NCBI GenBank assembly: GCA_043825875.1
Contig: JBDRRF010000014.1
Location: 1 to 34,053 of the forward strand
Length of the DNA stretch: 34,053 nucleotides
Source: Pseudomonadota bacterium
Lineage (GTDB): Bacteria; Desulfobacterota; Desulfobacteria; Desulfobacterales; RPRI01
Reading direction: 5' to 3'
Part shown: piece by piece, positions 8,354 to 17,529 of the stretch
Layout: every line of letters begins with the position of its first letter
Position numbering within the stretch: the stretch's first letter is position 1
Made by a program: the position numbers and the translations under genes
Notes under the pieces: model-generated
What the model saw: only the letters and a program-made list of their open reading frames with translations
What the model was told of the DNA's origin: nothing
Databases searched by the model: none

Positions 8354-8728
8354 TTATTTCTGCTTCCGGTATTGAGCCAAATCGGCAAAGAGCTTTGCTA
8401 CCGCCTCCTTTGATGGTGGTTTTTTCAGAAATGCAAAAGCACCCAGTGACATTACCCTTTCTTTTGTAATTGGCTGAACATCCGCACTCGATACGATGAC
8501 AATCGCATCCGGGTAGCTTTTTTTGATCTTTTCCAGTACTTCCATGCCGTTCATTTCGGGCATGGTTAAATCAGTTATGGTAATATCGGGATAAATTGTT
8601 TCAAACCGTTGCAGCCCACTTATGCCGTCCCCTTCTTCAAAAAGCTCCATAGGTTCATCCTTCGGGATACAACTCTTGAGAATTTTCCGGGCTACGGGTG
8701 AATCGTCGATAATTAGAATCTTTTGCAT
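8354..8728 (-). CDS. Single-domain CheY-like response regulator
   Basis: IIDDS, phospho-acceptor ITDLTMPEMNG, SSA, KKP; RBS CAGGAG. Confidence 0.93.
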   Translation of the reverse strand: MQKILIIDDSPVARKILKSCIPKDEPMELFEEGDGISGLQRFETIYPDITITDLTMPEMNGMEVLEKIKKSYPDAIVIVSSADVQPITKERVMSLGAFAFLKKPPSKEAVAKLFADLAQYRKQK

Positions 8729-9027
8729 GTTTTCTCCTGTGAGAGGTTGCTCCTGATCCTTTTTAAGCGGGTTTTTATCATAAAAAAATCATCCTATAGA
8801 ATTATCATATTTTTGATTTGATTCGATAAAATGCTATTTTCGAATTCTGAAATATATGATAAGCAACTTTTTATGTCAATTGGAAAATAAGCCTGGAAAA
8901 AATGAAGATCCGTACTTTTGGAAAAAATTTCCAGGTATGTTATACTGGCAAAAAAAAAATAAGTAAGGAAATTTAACTGTGGCAAATTTGCTAATATGTA
9001 ATCCATGTAACTCTCAGAGGACAATAC

Positions 9028-9624
9028 ATGAATGATAAAAGCAAAATAGAAAATAAAGAGCTCCACACAGCAATAAAAATTCCCGGATGGGCAACCATCG
9101 TATCTGTAGTAAGCGGCTTAGCATTTTTGGTTATTCTGCTTATAATCGCAGTTTTTATTGCTCATCCCACAGATTTTCAGATATTTATCTTTCGCATCGT
9201 TATTGCGTTGGCTGCTGCTGCTTTTGGTGCGACAATCCCCGGTTTTTTAAAAATAGATCTGCCTGTGGGGAAAAAAGGACTTATAACAGCAGGAGGAGCA
9301 ATTGCTTTTTTTGTACTGATTTATTTTATGAACCCTCCAAAATTGGTTTCAGATAAACCTTTGCCACCTGAAATTATTAAGCAGCCCCTTATGGGTTTTA
9401 TTTTGGATCAGGAAGGCGAACCATTACCCGGCGTTAGTGTGACCGTATTAGAGCATAGTGTTAATGACGCTACCGATGGAAATGGTAAATTCTCTTTTGA
9501 GATTAAAGCAGAGAAAAATTCTTCGGTACGCCTTATGGCTCAAAAACAAGGTTTTAAAACACATCGGCAGGATGTTACGCTGGGAAATACTAATTTGAGT
9601 TTTAAGATGGATAAAAAACCATGA
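9028..9624 (+). CDS. Membrane protein (about 3 TM helices) with C-terminal carboxypeptidase-regulatory-like beta-sandwich
   Basis: Hydrophobic N-terminal half; GFILDQEGEPLPGVSVTV...TDGNGKFSF...AQKQGF; 4-bp overlap with next gene. Confidence 0.8.
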   Translation: MNDKSKIENKELHTAIKIPGWATIVSVVSGLAFLVILLIIAVFIAHPTDFQIFIFRIVIALAAAAFGATIPGFLKIDLPVGKKGLITAGGAIAFFVLIYFMNPPKLVSDKPLPPEIIKQPLMGFILDQEGEPLPGVSVTVLEHSVNDATDGNGKFSFEIKAEKNSSVRLMAQKQGFKTHRQDVTLGNTNLSFKMDKKP

Positions 9625-12281
9625 CAAAGCCAGCCTCTACACATATTTGTCTTAAGATTATCCTTTGCTTTGCTATTTATTTTCTCATATGCCCGGCTTT
9701 ATCGGCAAAAGCTAAACAAGAGTTGCGCGGTAAGATTTATATGCTTGGTGAAAATGATATTAGAATTCCCGTAACAAATACAACCGTTCGTATTAAGAGT
9801 ACTGATGATTCAAATATAACATCAAGCACAGGCATGTTCAGAATTTATTTGCCGGATATATTTAGGCCTGGAGAAACCGTGACTCTTGAAGTGGAAAAAC
9901 CAAAGTATAGGATACTTCATCCATTTGCAGGCGAAGTTAGGATACCGGCAAACCTATTGAAGGATCTGGTTGAAATCATTTTGGATAAAGAAGGTTCGCA
10001 TCGCTTTATGAATGATGCTGCATTTGCGAAATTAATTGAAAATACTGCCAATAAGTCCAAGCAGCAAATTAAGGCCGATGATAAACGCAAAGCAGTAGAT
10101 TTGAGCAGCGATATAAAGGAATGGGCTGTAAAACTAGGTTTAGGGATTGAGGATGTACAAGCAGGACTGGATAAATGGGCAGCCGATATAGAAGCAAGGC
10201 GGGAGAATTTTCATGAGCTTGCCCTGGCCGCATTTTACAAGCAGAAATTTAAAGACGCTGCACAAATGGCCTACCAATCGGCTATGCAATATGAAAAACA
10301 ATTGGCCGGGTTGCCTGAGCATGAAAAGAGAATCAATGAAAAAAAGCATAAGCTAAAAGAAAAGATCATTCGTGATTATCGTCTTGCCGGTGATGCCCAT
10401 TATAATGACTACCGGTTTGAAGATGCTCTTGTTGCTTATCAGAAGGCAATGGTTTTAGTTAATAAAGCCAATAGTCCTAAAAAATGGGCGTCCTTAATGA
10501 ATGACATAAGCACAACATACTGGAATTTTGGCGTCAGAGCCGATGGAAGTGCATCCCGTCTGTATCTTAAAAATGCAGCAAATGGTTACCGTGAGATATC
10601 AAAAGTCTATACCCGCGAAAGTTTGCCTCTGTATTGGGCCGGGGCTCAGAATAATATGGGGCTTGTGTTGCAAGAGCAAGGAATTCGAACTGAAGGCGAA
10701 GAGGGTACAAGATTGCTATGCGATGCGGTTAAAGCGTTTGAGGCAGCTTTAATGGTTTGCACCCGCGAAATTTTGCCACAACAATGGGCTATGACCCAGA
10801 ACAATATGGGGAATGCACTTTCACAACAAGGGGATCGTACGGGAGGAAAAGAAAGTGTGAGGCTGTTTAGCAGGGCAGTTAAAGCATACAAGGCAGCATT
10901 GACTGTCAGGACACGTGAGAGTTCGCCTCATGACTGGGCTATGACCCAGAATAATATGGGCATTGTACTAAAGGAGCAAGGAAACCGTGTGGGAGGTAAC
11001 GAAGGATTAAGATTACTGCGTGAAGCGGTAGAAGCATACAGGGCAGCATTGACTATCAGAACACATGAGAATTTGCCCCAGGACTGGGCCATGACCCAGA
11101 ACAATATGGGTATTGCACTTTCGGAACAAGGAACCCGAACAAGAGGCAAAGAGGGGGCAAGATTGCTGGATGGGGCAATTAAATCATACAAAGCGGCTTC
11201 GACAGTCTATACCCGTGAAAGTTCGTCTCAGGATTGGGCTATGACCCAGAATAATATGGGGCTTGCATTACGAAGTAAAGGGATACTAACAGGAGGTGAA
11301 GAAGGAACCATATTGTTAAGCAAGGCAGTTGAAGCATTTAATGCAGCTCTAACGGTTTATACCCGTGAGAACCTGCCTCAGGACTGGGCTATGACGCAAA
11401 ATAATCTGGCGATTACCCTGCAAAATCAAGGAACCAGAACTGAAGCTGATGAAGGGCTAAGATTGCTGGAAAAAGCTATTAATACTTATAATACAGCTTT
11501 AACGGTAAGAACACGCGAGAGTCTGCCTCAGTACTGGGCTGATACTCAGAACAATCTGGGAACCGCTTTAAAAGAACAAGCTTTAAGGGTGGAAGATGGT
11601 CAGAAAAAAGATTTGTTTCAAAAAGCAGTAAAAGCATTTAAGAATGCTTTAGAAGTAAGGACTTATAAATACCTTCCCTTGCAGTGGGCTAAAACCTATA
11701 AAAATATGGCAGAAACATACTATTTAATGGAAGACTGGGCCAATGCAGCTACATGCTATAGTAAGGTACTTAAAGTTTATCGAAAGGATTATACAGCTTA
11801 TGAAAGGGCCAGCTACTTATATCATGAGCGACTTTTTCAATTTGATAAGGCATACGGATTAAGCTTTTACTGGATCGTAAAATTAGAAAACGTCAATACC
11901 TCATCACTAAGCCAATTCATTGAAACACATTTTACTACAGCTCGTTTTGAAAAAGCAGAAGAGATTCTGGAAGAAGTACTTCCCAAATGGAACAGTAACG
12001 ATCCTTTTTATATACCTCTTTGCATCATCGAAATTGCAAATCTTGTGGCGCTCAAAAAAAACGATGCAGTTTCCGATAATATAGATGAACTCGTTTCCGT
12101 TATTAAACAACAACCGGCAGACTTTACCATAGGCTGGTCTTTTAATGGTGTAAAACATTTTATTAAAAATTCAGAAAAGTTAAAACCAGATAGTAAAAGG
12201 CTTCTGTCTTTTTTTGCTGCTGTTGAAGGTCCCGACCGGGATACTATTATTAAAAGGTTACAGAATGTCCAGAAAAAATAA
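9621..12281 (+). CDS. Secreted/periplasmic tetratricopeptide-repeat protein
   Basis: Signal-peptide-like N-terminus (IILCFAIYFLICPALSA), beta-rich N domain, repeated WAMTQNNMG..L...G..T.G.EG..LL..A..AY.AAL.V.TRE..P units. Confidence 0.88.
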   Translation: MTKPASTHICLKIILCFAIYFLICPALSAKAKQELRGKIYMLGENDIRIPVTNTTVRIKSTDDSNITSSTGMFRIYLPDIFRPGETVTLEVEKPKYRILHPFAGEVRIPANLLKDLVEIILDKEGSHRFMNDAAFAKLIENTANKSKQQIKADDKRKAVDLSSDIKEWAVKLGLGIEDVQAGLDKWAADIEARRENFHELALAAFYKQKFKDAAQMAYQSAMQYEKQLAGLPEHEKRINEKKHKLKEKIIRDYRLAGDAHYNDYRFEDALVAYQKAMVLVNKANSPKKWASLMNDISTTYWNFGVRADGSASRLYLKNAANGYREISKVYTRESLPLYWAGAQNNMGLVLQEQGIRTEGEEGTRLLCDAVKAFEAALMVCTREILPQQWAMTQNNMGNALSQQGDRTGGKESVRLFSRAVKAYKAALTVRTRESSPHDWAMTQNNMGIVLKEQGNRVGGNEGLRLLREAVEAYRAALTIRTHENLPQDWAMTQNNMGIALSEQGTRTRGKEGARLLDGAIKSYKAASTVYTRESSSQDWAMTQNNMGLALRSKGILTGGEEGTILLSKAVEAFNAALTVYTRENLPQDWAMTQNNLAITLQNQGTRTEADEGLRLLEKAINTYNTALTVRTRESLPQYWADTQNNLGTALKEQALRVEDGQKKDLFQKAVKAFKNALEVRTYKYLPLQWAKTYKNMAETYYLMEDWANAATCYSKVLKVYRKDYTAYERASYLYHERLFQFDKAYGLSFYWIVKLENVNTSSLSQFIETHFTTARFEKAEEILEEVLPKWNSNDPFYIPLCIIEIANLVALKKNDAVSDNIDELVSVIKQQPADFTIGWSFNGVKHFIKNSEKLKPDSKRLLSFFAAVEGPDRDTIIKRLQNVQKK
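10485..11834 (+). repeat. About nine intragenic tandem repeats with exact 150-bp (50-aa) period
   Basis: ATGACCCAGA at 10791, 10941, 11091, 11241; in-register Trp codons from 10485 to 11685; last unit degenerate. Confidence 0.9.
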
Positions 12282-12301
12282 ACAGGCATCCCTTTTTATA
12301 A

Positions 12302-12346
12302 ATTAGCAAAGGATATACTAATAGAAATAATATTTCCTTTGCTAAT
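12302..12346. terminator. Hairpin between convergent genes, possible bidirectional terminator
   Basis: Perfect 12-bp inverted repeat ATTAGCAAAGGA / TCCTTTGCTAAT. Confidence 0.55.
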
Positions 12347-12375
12347 CCATGAAAACTATATATTTAAAAAACAGG

Positions 12376-12591
12376 TCAAGTGGAAAAAACCGATACAGGG
12401 ACACTGATCCACTTATTAATTCTTGTCCAATCTTTTCGTAATTCTCCGTTTTTTCTTCTTTCAAAGGTTGGTCTCCGACGTTCCTGGCCCAATATATCCA
12501 CAACTAAAACATCATAAGACTGCCTGCGTTCAAGAGTTCTTCTTCGGTCAACTTCAGAGCGTTTATGCGTGCTTGGTCTTAAATTATCCAT
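12376..12591 (-). CDS. 71-aa Arg-rich [DE]RR-repeat microprotein, copy B
   Basis: Paralog of 4775..4990; G-rich RBS; shared downstream TATATTTAAAAAAC. Confidence 0.85.
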   Translation of the reverse strand: MDNLRPSTHKRSEVDRRRTLERRQSYDVLVVDILGQERRRPTFERRKNGELRKDWTRINKWISVPVSVFST

Positions 12592-12688
12592 AATAAAATC
12601 CCCCCAGGATGTAAGTTATTATGTTAATATAAATGACTGGTTTTTCACAGAACAGGAAGCCCAAATATTGTGTTTTAAATCTTAAATT

Positions 12689-12717
12689 TTCTTAACACAC
12701 TAACACTTGTTTTTCAA
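12689..12717 (-). promoter_or_regulatory. sigma70-like promoter for microprotein copy B
   Basis: TTGAAA-17 bp-TAAGAA with extended TGT, matching copy A. Confidence 0.5.
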
Positions 12718-12839
12718 GTGCCAATAACAACTACAAAATATATCAAAGGATATCATTATCGTTATCCTGTTTCACAGGTTTTGGCATGAGATTGTGATAG
12801 TCTCGGCGGCAATTTTATCCATTAAGTTTTTAGATTGCT

Positions 12840-13352
12840 TTAGCGACTATCCTTTGACAGCTTGAGCAGACGGTTAGGTTGCAATGTTTCACATTTTGGG
12901 CATGTTCCGGAATACCAGTGAATTGCGGTGCTACACGCATGACATTGCCAGCGTTTTTCCTGTTCATGAATCCAGTTTTTGATACCAATCAGGCGCATAT
13001 CAATCATATTTTTAACCGCTTCAGCATGATGAGGCATACCATCATTATTAAAGTCAGCGATTAAAGAACATGGGAAATCTTTGCATTCTGTGCAATGGCC
13101 AAAGTCTGATTTTTTTTCCACACACAGGCGGATCTTGCAACCCATACAATAGGATGTTAGCAGGCCTCCAGCACGACAGCCATCGCAGTCTATTTCATCC
13201 ATATTGATTTTCTCGTCTGGCACCGGCAAATCATTTCTAATGACTTGCATCATCTCATCAATAAACTGTGGGTTGTTGTCACGTCTGGCCCGGTAAAGTG
13301 AACAGGCGCCGCAGTAAAGCCCGCAGTTTGCTGCCAAATGTTCTTTAGACAT
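12840..13352 (-). CDS. DUF3795-like Cys-rich protein with C-terminal zinc ribbon
   Basis: NCGLYCGAC, CDGC, CKIRLC, CTECKDFPC, CHAC...CPKC; start ATG 13352 with RBS AAAGGA. Confidence 0.85.
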   Translation of the reverse strand: MSKEHLAANCGLYCGACSLYRARRDNNPQFIDEMMQVIRNDLPVPDEKINMDEIDCDGCRAGGLLTSYCMGCKIRLCVEKKSDFGHCTECKDFPCSLIADFNNDGMPHHAEAVKNMIDMRLIGIKNWIHEQEKRWQCHACSTAIHWYSGTCPKCETLQPNRLLKLSKDSR

Positions 13353-13621
13353 AACATGTTCCTTTCTCATGTGTTTTTGTTGAGGTTGCAAAGATTATCT
13401 TTTAAAACCAGAATAACCTGAATTTTTGAAAATTTAAAGTTCTTATTTTCTATATTTATAGGCTCAGGCAAAATAATTAAAGAGGTTAACAGTTCTTTTG
13501 CATGAAATACCGTATGTGCTATACTGGCAAAATAAAGCGGAAGACAGCACTTTGATGGAGTTATAATCCTGATATATTCAATATATTGCAGAATATTACT
13601 ATATACATAACCCAATGATAC

Positions 13622-14842
13622 ATGAAGACTTTAAATTCAAATAGCAGCCGATCTTCTACAACCGGCTTGGGAGCGTTCAAAGCTTTACCTGCTGGCATCT
13701 GGGCGTTGGGTTTTGTCTCAATGTTCATGGACATATCTTCCGAACTTATTCACAGTCTGCTGCCGGTATTTATGTCCACTGTCCTTGGAGCTTCCATGAT
13801 AACCATTGGTATCATCGAAGGAATAGGCGAGGCCGCCGCCTCTATAACAAAAGTATTTTCCGGAGCAATCAGCGACTATCTTGGAAAACGCAAGTTGCTC
13901 GCTGTTATTGGATACGGATTGGCGGCTGTTACTAAGCCGGTCTTTCCGCTGGCAATCAGTATTAATTGGGTATTCGCAGCACGTTTCATCGACCGGATCG
14001 GCAAGGGCATTCGTGGTGCCCCAAGAGACGCTCTGGTAGCGGATATAGCACCTATCGAGCTACGTGGTGCGGCATATGGTCTCCGCCAGTCGCTGGATTC
14101 CGTTGGTGCATTCATAGGCCCGCTGATAGCACTTGCGTTTATGGCATGGCTTGCAAACGATATCAGAATGGTGCTGTGGATTGCAGTTGTCCCTGCGTTT
14201 ATCGCTGTAGCGTTGCTTATCTTTGGCGTTCATGATCCGGAGAGCACAAAGAAAAAATCGGGTGTACGAAATACTTTGATCTTAACCGATGCAAAGCGTT
14301 TACCGCTTCGTTATTGGCTCGTCGTGCTACTCGGTGCTGTATTTGCTCTGGCTCGCTTCAGCGAAGCATTTCTTATACTTCGTGCTCAGGATGTAGGGCT
14401 GAGCATAGGCTACGTGCCGCTTATTATGATCGTAATGAATATCGTTTATACGGCAACTGCCTATCCTGCCGGAGTTGCCGCCGATCGGCTCAGTCAAAAG
14501 AAAATACTTATCATTGGGCTTGCTATGCTGGTTGCAGCTGATTTGGTATTGGCCGCAGCAAAATCGCCGTTAACAGCATTTGTAGGAGCAGCGCTTTGGG
14601 GACTGCATATGGGACTTACGCAAGGATTATTCACTAAACTTGTGGCTGATACTGCTCCTTCAGAGCTTCGTGGCACAGCCTTTGGGGTTTTTAACCTTGT
14701 CGGTGGAAGCTCGCTCCTGCTTGCAAGTGTAATTGCCGGCTCAATTTGGAATGCTTTCGGTGCTCCGGCTGCCTTTTTGACAGGAGCGGTTTTTGCTATG
14801 CTTGCTTTGTTAGGGTTGCTTGCCTATCGAAGGAAGCATTAA
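13622..14842 (+). CDS. Major facilitator superfamily transporter
   Basis: About 12 hydrophobic helices, motif A GAISDYLGKRK, DRIGKGIRGAPRDAL. Confidence 0.93.
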   Translation: MKTLNSNSSRSSTTGLGAFKALPAGIWALGFVSMFMDISSELIHSLLPVFMSTVLGASMITIGIIEGIGEAAASITKVFSGAISDYLGKRKLLAVIGYGLAAVTKPVFPLAISINWVFAARFIDRIGKGIRGAPRDALVADIAPIELRGAAYGLRQSLDSVGAFIGPLIALAFMAWLANDIRMVLWIAVVPAFIAVALLIFGVHDPESTKKKSGVRNTLILTDAKRLPLRYWLVVLLGAVFALARFSEAFLILRAQDVGLSIGYVPLIMIVMNIVYTATAYPAGVAADRLSQKKILIIGLAMLVAADLVLAAAKSPLTAFVGAALWGLHMGLTQGLFTKLVADTAPSELRGTAFGVFNLVGGSSLLLASVIAGSIWNAFGAPAAFLTGAVFAMLALLGLLAYRRKH

Positions 14843-14870
14843 GATATATTCGTATCTACTCTGGTTGTTA

Positions 14871-15034
14871 GGTTCAAAGTTCACGGTTCACAGTTGATTG
14901 CCTTGAGCCCTTCATATCCAAAGACTGTCAGGTGGGTAAACTTTTTGAGTCAATTCACAAGCCGGTTGCCAAGCCTCAATGTCTTCAAAACGTGCGATTC
15001 TCATCGCTTTCTAAACTGGAACTGTGAACCCTGG
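14871..15034. repeat. Inverted arrays of short heptamer repeats flanking a gene relic
   Basis: GGTTCAA-AGTTCAC-GGTTCAC-AGTT at 14871-14895; reverse-complement copy GGAACT-GTGAACC near 15018-15031. Confidence 0.65.
14912..15004 (-). pseudogene. Truncated four-helix-bundle (23S rRNA IVP / bAvd-like) protein gene
   Basis: Hand translation MRIARFEDIEAWQPACELTQKVYPPDSLWI* matches the family N-terminus F-E-D-[LI]-x-[AV]-W-Q-x-A-x-E-L-x-x-x-[VI]-Y, then stops after 30 aa. Confidence 0.75.
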
Positions 15035-15048
15035 ATGAGTAGTTATGT

Positions 15049-17529
15049 TTATTCTTTAAGCACAGGCCATGGCTCAGTATGCCATATATCACGATTATAT
15101 TCCATAATAGTTCTGTCGGATGAAAACTTGCCCATTCTTGCAATATTTAATATTGCTTTTTTGCTCCATGCGTCCTGATCTCTGTACAGGGAATCAACTT
15201 CCCTCTGGCAATTAAAATACGCCTCGAAATCGGCAAGAATGAAATATCTGTCATCATTAAGCAGCAAATTGACAAGATCATGGAATATATCAGGCTCTTC
15301 AGGGCTGAAGAAACCATTACGGATAAGTTCTATCGTTTTAACAAGAAGAGGATCTTTCTCATAGTATTCGCGAGGATTATAGCTTTGACGATTGTCGGCT
15401 ACTTCATCCGCAGTTAAGCCGAATATAAATATATTTTCCCTGCCGACTTCTTCCATGATTTCTATGTTTGCTCCGTCAAGCGTACCTACAGTGAGTGCCC
15501 CATTTAGAGCAAATTTCATATTGGAAGTGCCCGAAGCTTCCAGGCCGGCAGTTGAAATCTGCTGGGAGACATCAGCGGCAGGAAAGATCTTTTCGGCCAG
15601 TGAGACCCGATAGTTTGGAATAAATACTACTTTTATAATATTATTTGTTGATGTGTCACGATTTACCATTTCGGCAACATGGCAAATAAGCCGGATAATG
15701 GTTTTTGCCGTTATATATCCGGGAGCAGCTTTGCCGCCAAAGATAAACGTTCGGGGGTGCATCGAAAAATTCGTATCCTCTTTGAGTTTTAACCAGCAGT
15801 AGATTATATGAATAACATTTAAGAGCTGTCTTTTGTATTCATGAATTCTTTTCACCTGGATATCAAAAATAGAATTAGGACTAGCTATGATACCGGTTTG
15901 GTTTTTTATGATTTTTGCAAGCCGTTTTTTATTGTAAAGCTTTACAGCTTTTAATTCTTTTATAAAATCGGGATCTTCTGCAAAGGGCTCAATTTTTCTA
16001 AGCTGCTCAAGATCTTTCGCCCATTCGTTTCCTATTCTTAAAGTAATAAGTTCGGATAATTTAGGGTTAGAGGCAAGCAGCCATCTTCGGGGAGTAATTC
16101 CATTTGTTTTGTTATTGAACTTACCCGGATACATTATATCAAAATCTTTTAATTTACTTTCCTTCAGCAGTTTGCTGTGAAGCGCAGCTACTCCGTTTAC
16201 AGAGTGCGAGCCTACGATTGCAAGATGAGCCATACGAATTCTCTTTTCAGAATCTTCTCCAACAATGGACATTCTTTGCAATTTGTTTTCATCACCCAGA
16301 TAACGAACCGAAACGTCTCTTAAAAACCGACGGTTTATTTCATATATTATTTGCAGGTGCCGGGGCAGAAGTGATTCAAACATGGTTACCGGCCATTTCT
16401 CAAGAGCTTCCGAAAGAAGTGTATGGTTAGTATAGGCGCATGACTTTTCGGTAATATCCCATGCGGTTTCCCAGTCAAGGCCGTGTTGATCGAGAAAAAG
16501 GCGCATAAGTTCGGGGATTGCAAGGGCAGGGTGGGTGTCGTTCATCTGTATAGCTACTTTTTCGGGAAATTCATCAAAAGAATCATGATTTACCAGATAC
16601 CTCCTGATTATATCCTGAATTGAGCAGGAAACGAAAAAGTATTCCTGTTTAAGTCTCAACTCTCTTCCGACAAACAACTCATCGTTTGGATAAAGTACTT
16701 TTGAGATATTTTCGGAGATATTTTTTTCTTCAACCGCTTTTAGATAATTGCCATGCTGGAAATATTGAAGATCAAATTCTTTTGAGGCTCTTGCCGACCA
16801 GAGCCGTAAAGTATTTACTGTGTTATTTGCATAGCCGGATATTGGAGTGTCATAGGCAATGCCAACTAAATCATTAGTATCAATCCATTCGGTTTTAAGT
16901 TTCCCGTCAGGCAGGATAATTTGTTTTATTTTGCCGTAGAATTTGACCGTAAAACTGTATTCGGGTCTGGCGATTTCCCATGGGTTTGTATATTTGAGCC
17001 AATTTTCAGGAAGCTCGACCTGGCCGAGATTTCTTATAGCCTGATCGAAAATGCCGAACTCATATCTTATGCCGTAGCCATATGCAGGAATTTCAAGGGT
17101 TGCCATTGAATCAAGAAAACAGGAAGCAAGCCTCCCAAGACCACCGTTTCCCAGTCCCATATCCGGCTCATTTTCTACAAGCTCTTCCATCTCAATATTG
17201 AGTTCATCCATGGCTTTTTTTGATTCGTTATAAATTTCCAGATTAATCAGGTTATTAATAAGCAGGCGACCCATGAGGTATTCGGCAGAAAGATAATATA
17301 CTCTTTTAACATCATGATTATAATAAAGCTGCTGAGTACGTATCCAGCGCTCAATAAGACGGTCTCTGGCAGAAAGTGCGAGAGAAAGATACAGATCACG
17401 ATCGGTTGCAGTATATTGATCTTTAGAAAGGGAATATTCAAGATGGTTCGCAAAAGATATCTGTATGCTTTTCCAATCCGTTCCTTTATTAAAGGTGCCC
17501 CATTTATGAAACAGCGTACTTTTTTTCAT
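15049..17529 (-). CDS. glgP: Glycogen/starch/alpha-glucan phosphorylase (GT35), paralog 2
   Basis: GLGNGGLGRLASC, QMNDTHP, KRIHEYKRQ, EASGTSNMKF. Start chosen at ATG 17529 (RBS GAGG). Confidence 0.96.
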   Translation of the reverse strand: MKKSTLFHKWGTFNKGTDWKSIQISFANHLEYSLSKDQYTATDRDLYLSLALSARDRLIERWIRTQQLYYNHDVKRVYYLSAEYLMGRLLINNLINLEIYNESKKAMDELNIEMEELVENEPDMGLGNGGLGRLASCFLDSMATLEIPAYGYGIRYEFGIFDQAIRNLGQVELPENWLKYTNPWEIARPEYSFTVKFYGKIKQIILPDGKLKTEWIDTNDLVGIAYDTPISGYANNTVNTLRLWSARASKEFDLQYFQHGNYLKAVEEKNISENISKVLYPNDELFVGRELRLKQEYFFVSCSIQDIIRRYLVNHDSFDEFPEKVAIQMNDTHPALAIPELMRLFLDQHGLDWETAWDITEKSCAYTNHTLLSEALEKWPVTMFESLLPRHLQIIYEINRRFLRDVSVRYLGDENKLQRMSIVGEDSEKRIRMAHLAIVGSHSVNGVAALHSKLLKESKLKDFDIMYPGKFNNKTNGITPRRWLLASNPKLSELITLRIGNEWAKDLEQLRKIEPFAEDPDFIKELKAVKLYNKKRLAKIIKNQTGIIASPNSIFDIQVKRIHEYKRQLLNVIHIIYCWLKLKEDTNFSMHPRTFIFGGKAAPGYITAKTIIRLICHVAEMVNRDTSTNNIIKVVFIPNYRVSLAEKIFPAADVSQQISTAGLEASGTSNMKFALNGALTVGTLDGANIEIMEEVGRENIFIFGLTADEVADNRQSYNPREYYEKDPLLVKTIELIRNGFFSPEEPDIFHDLVNLLLNDDRYFILADFEAYFNCQREVDSLYRDQDAWSKKAILNIARMGKFSSDRTIMEYNRDIWHTEPWPVLKE

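Noticed and set aside
8794..9066. 90-aa minus-strand ORF (also 13367..13615 and 21056..21292)
   Set aside because: AT-rich promoter-region ORFs overlapping the starts of real genes, with no motifs.
10485..11834. Regularly spaced repeats as a possible CRISPR array or DGR template
   Set aside because: Period is 150 bp in frame, the intervening sequences are homologous coding sequence, and no cas or reverse transcriptase gene is present.
12781..12797. TTGGCATGAGATTGT as a sigma54 promoter
   Set aside because: No GC at the required GG-N10 position and it points into the 3' end of a convergent gene.
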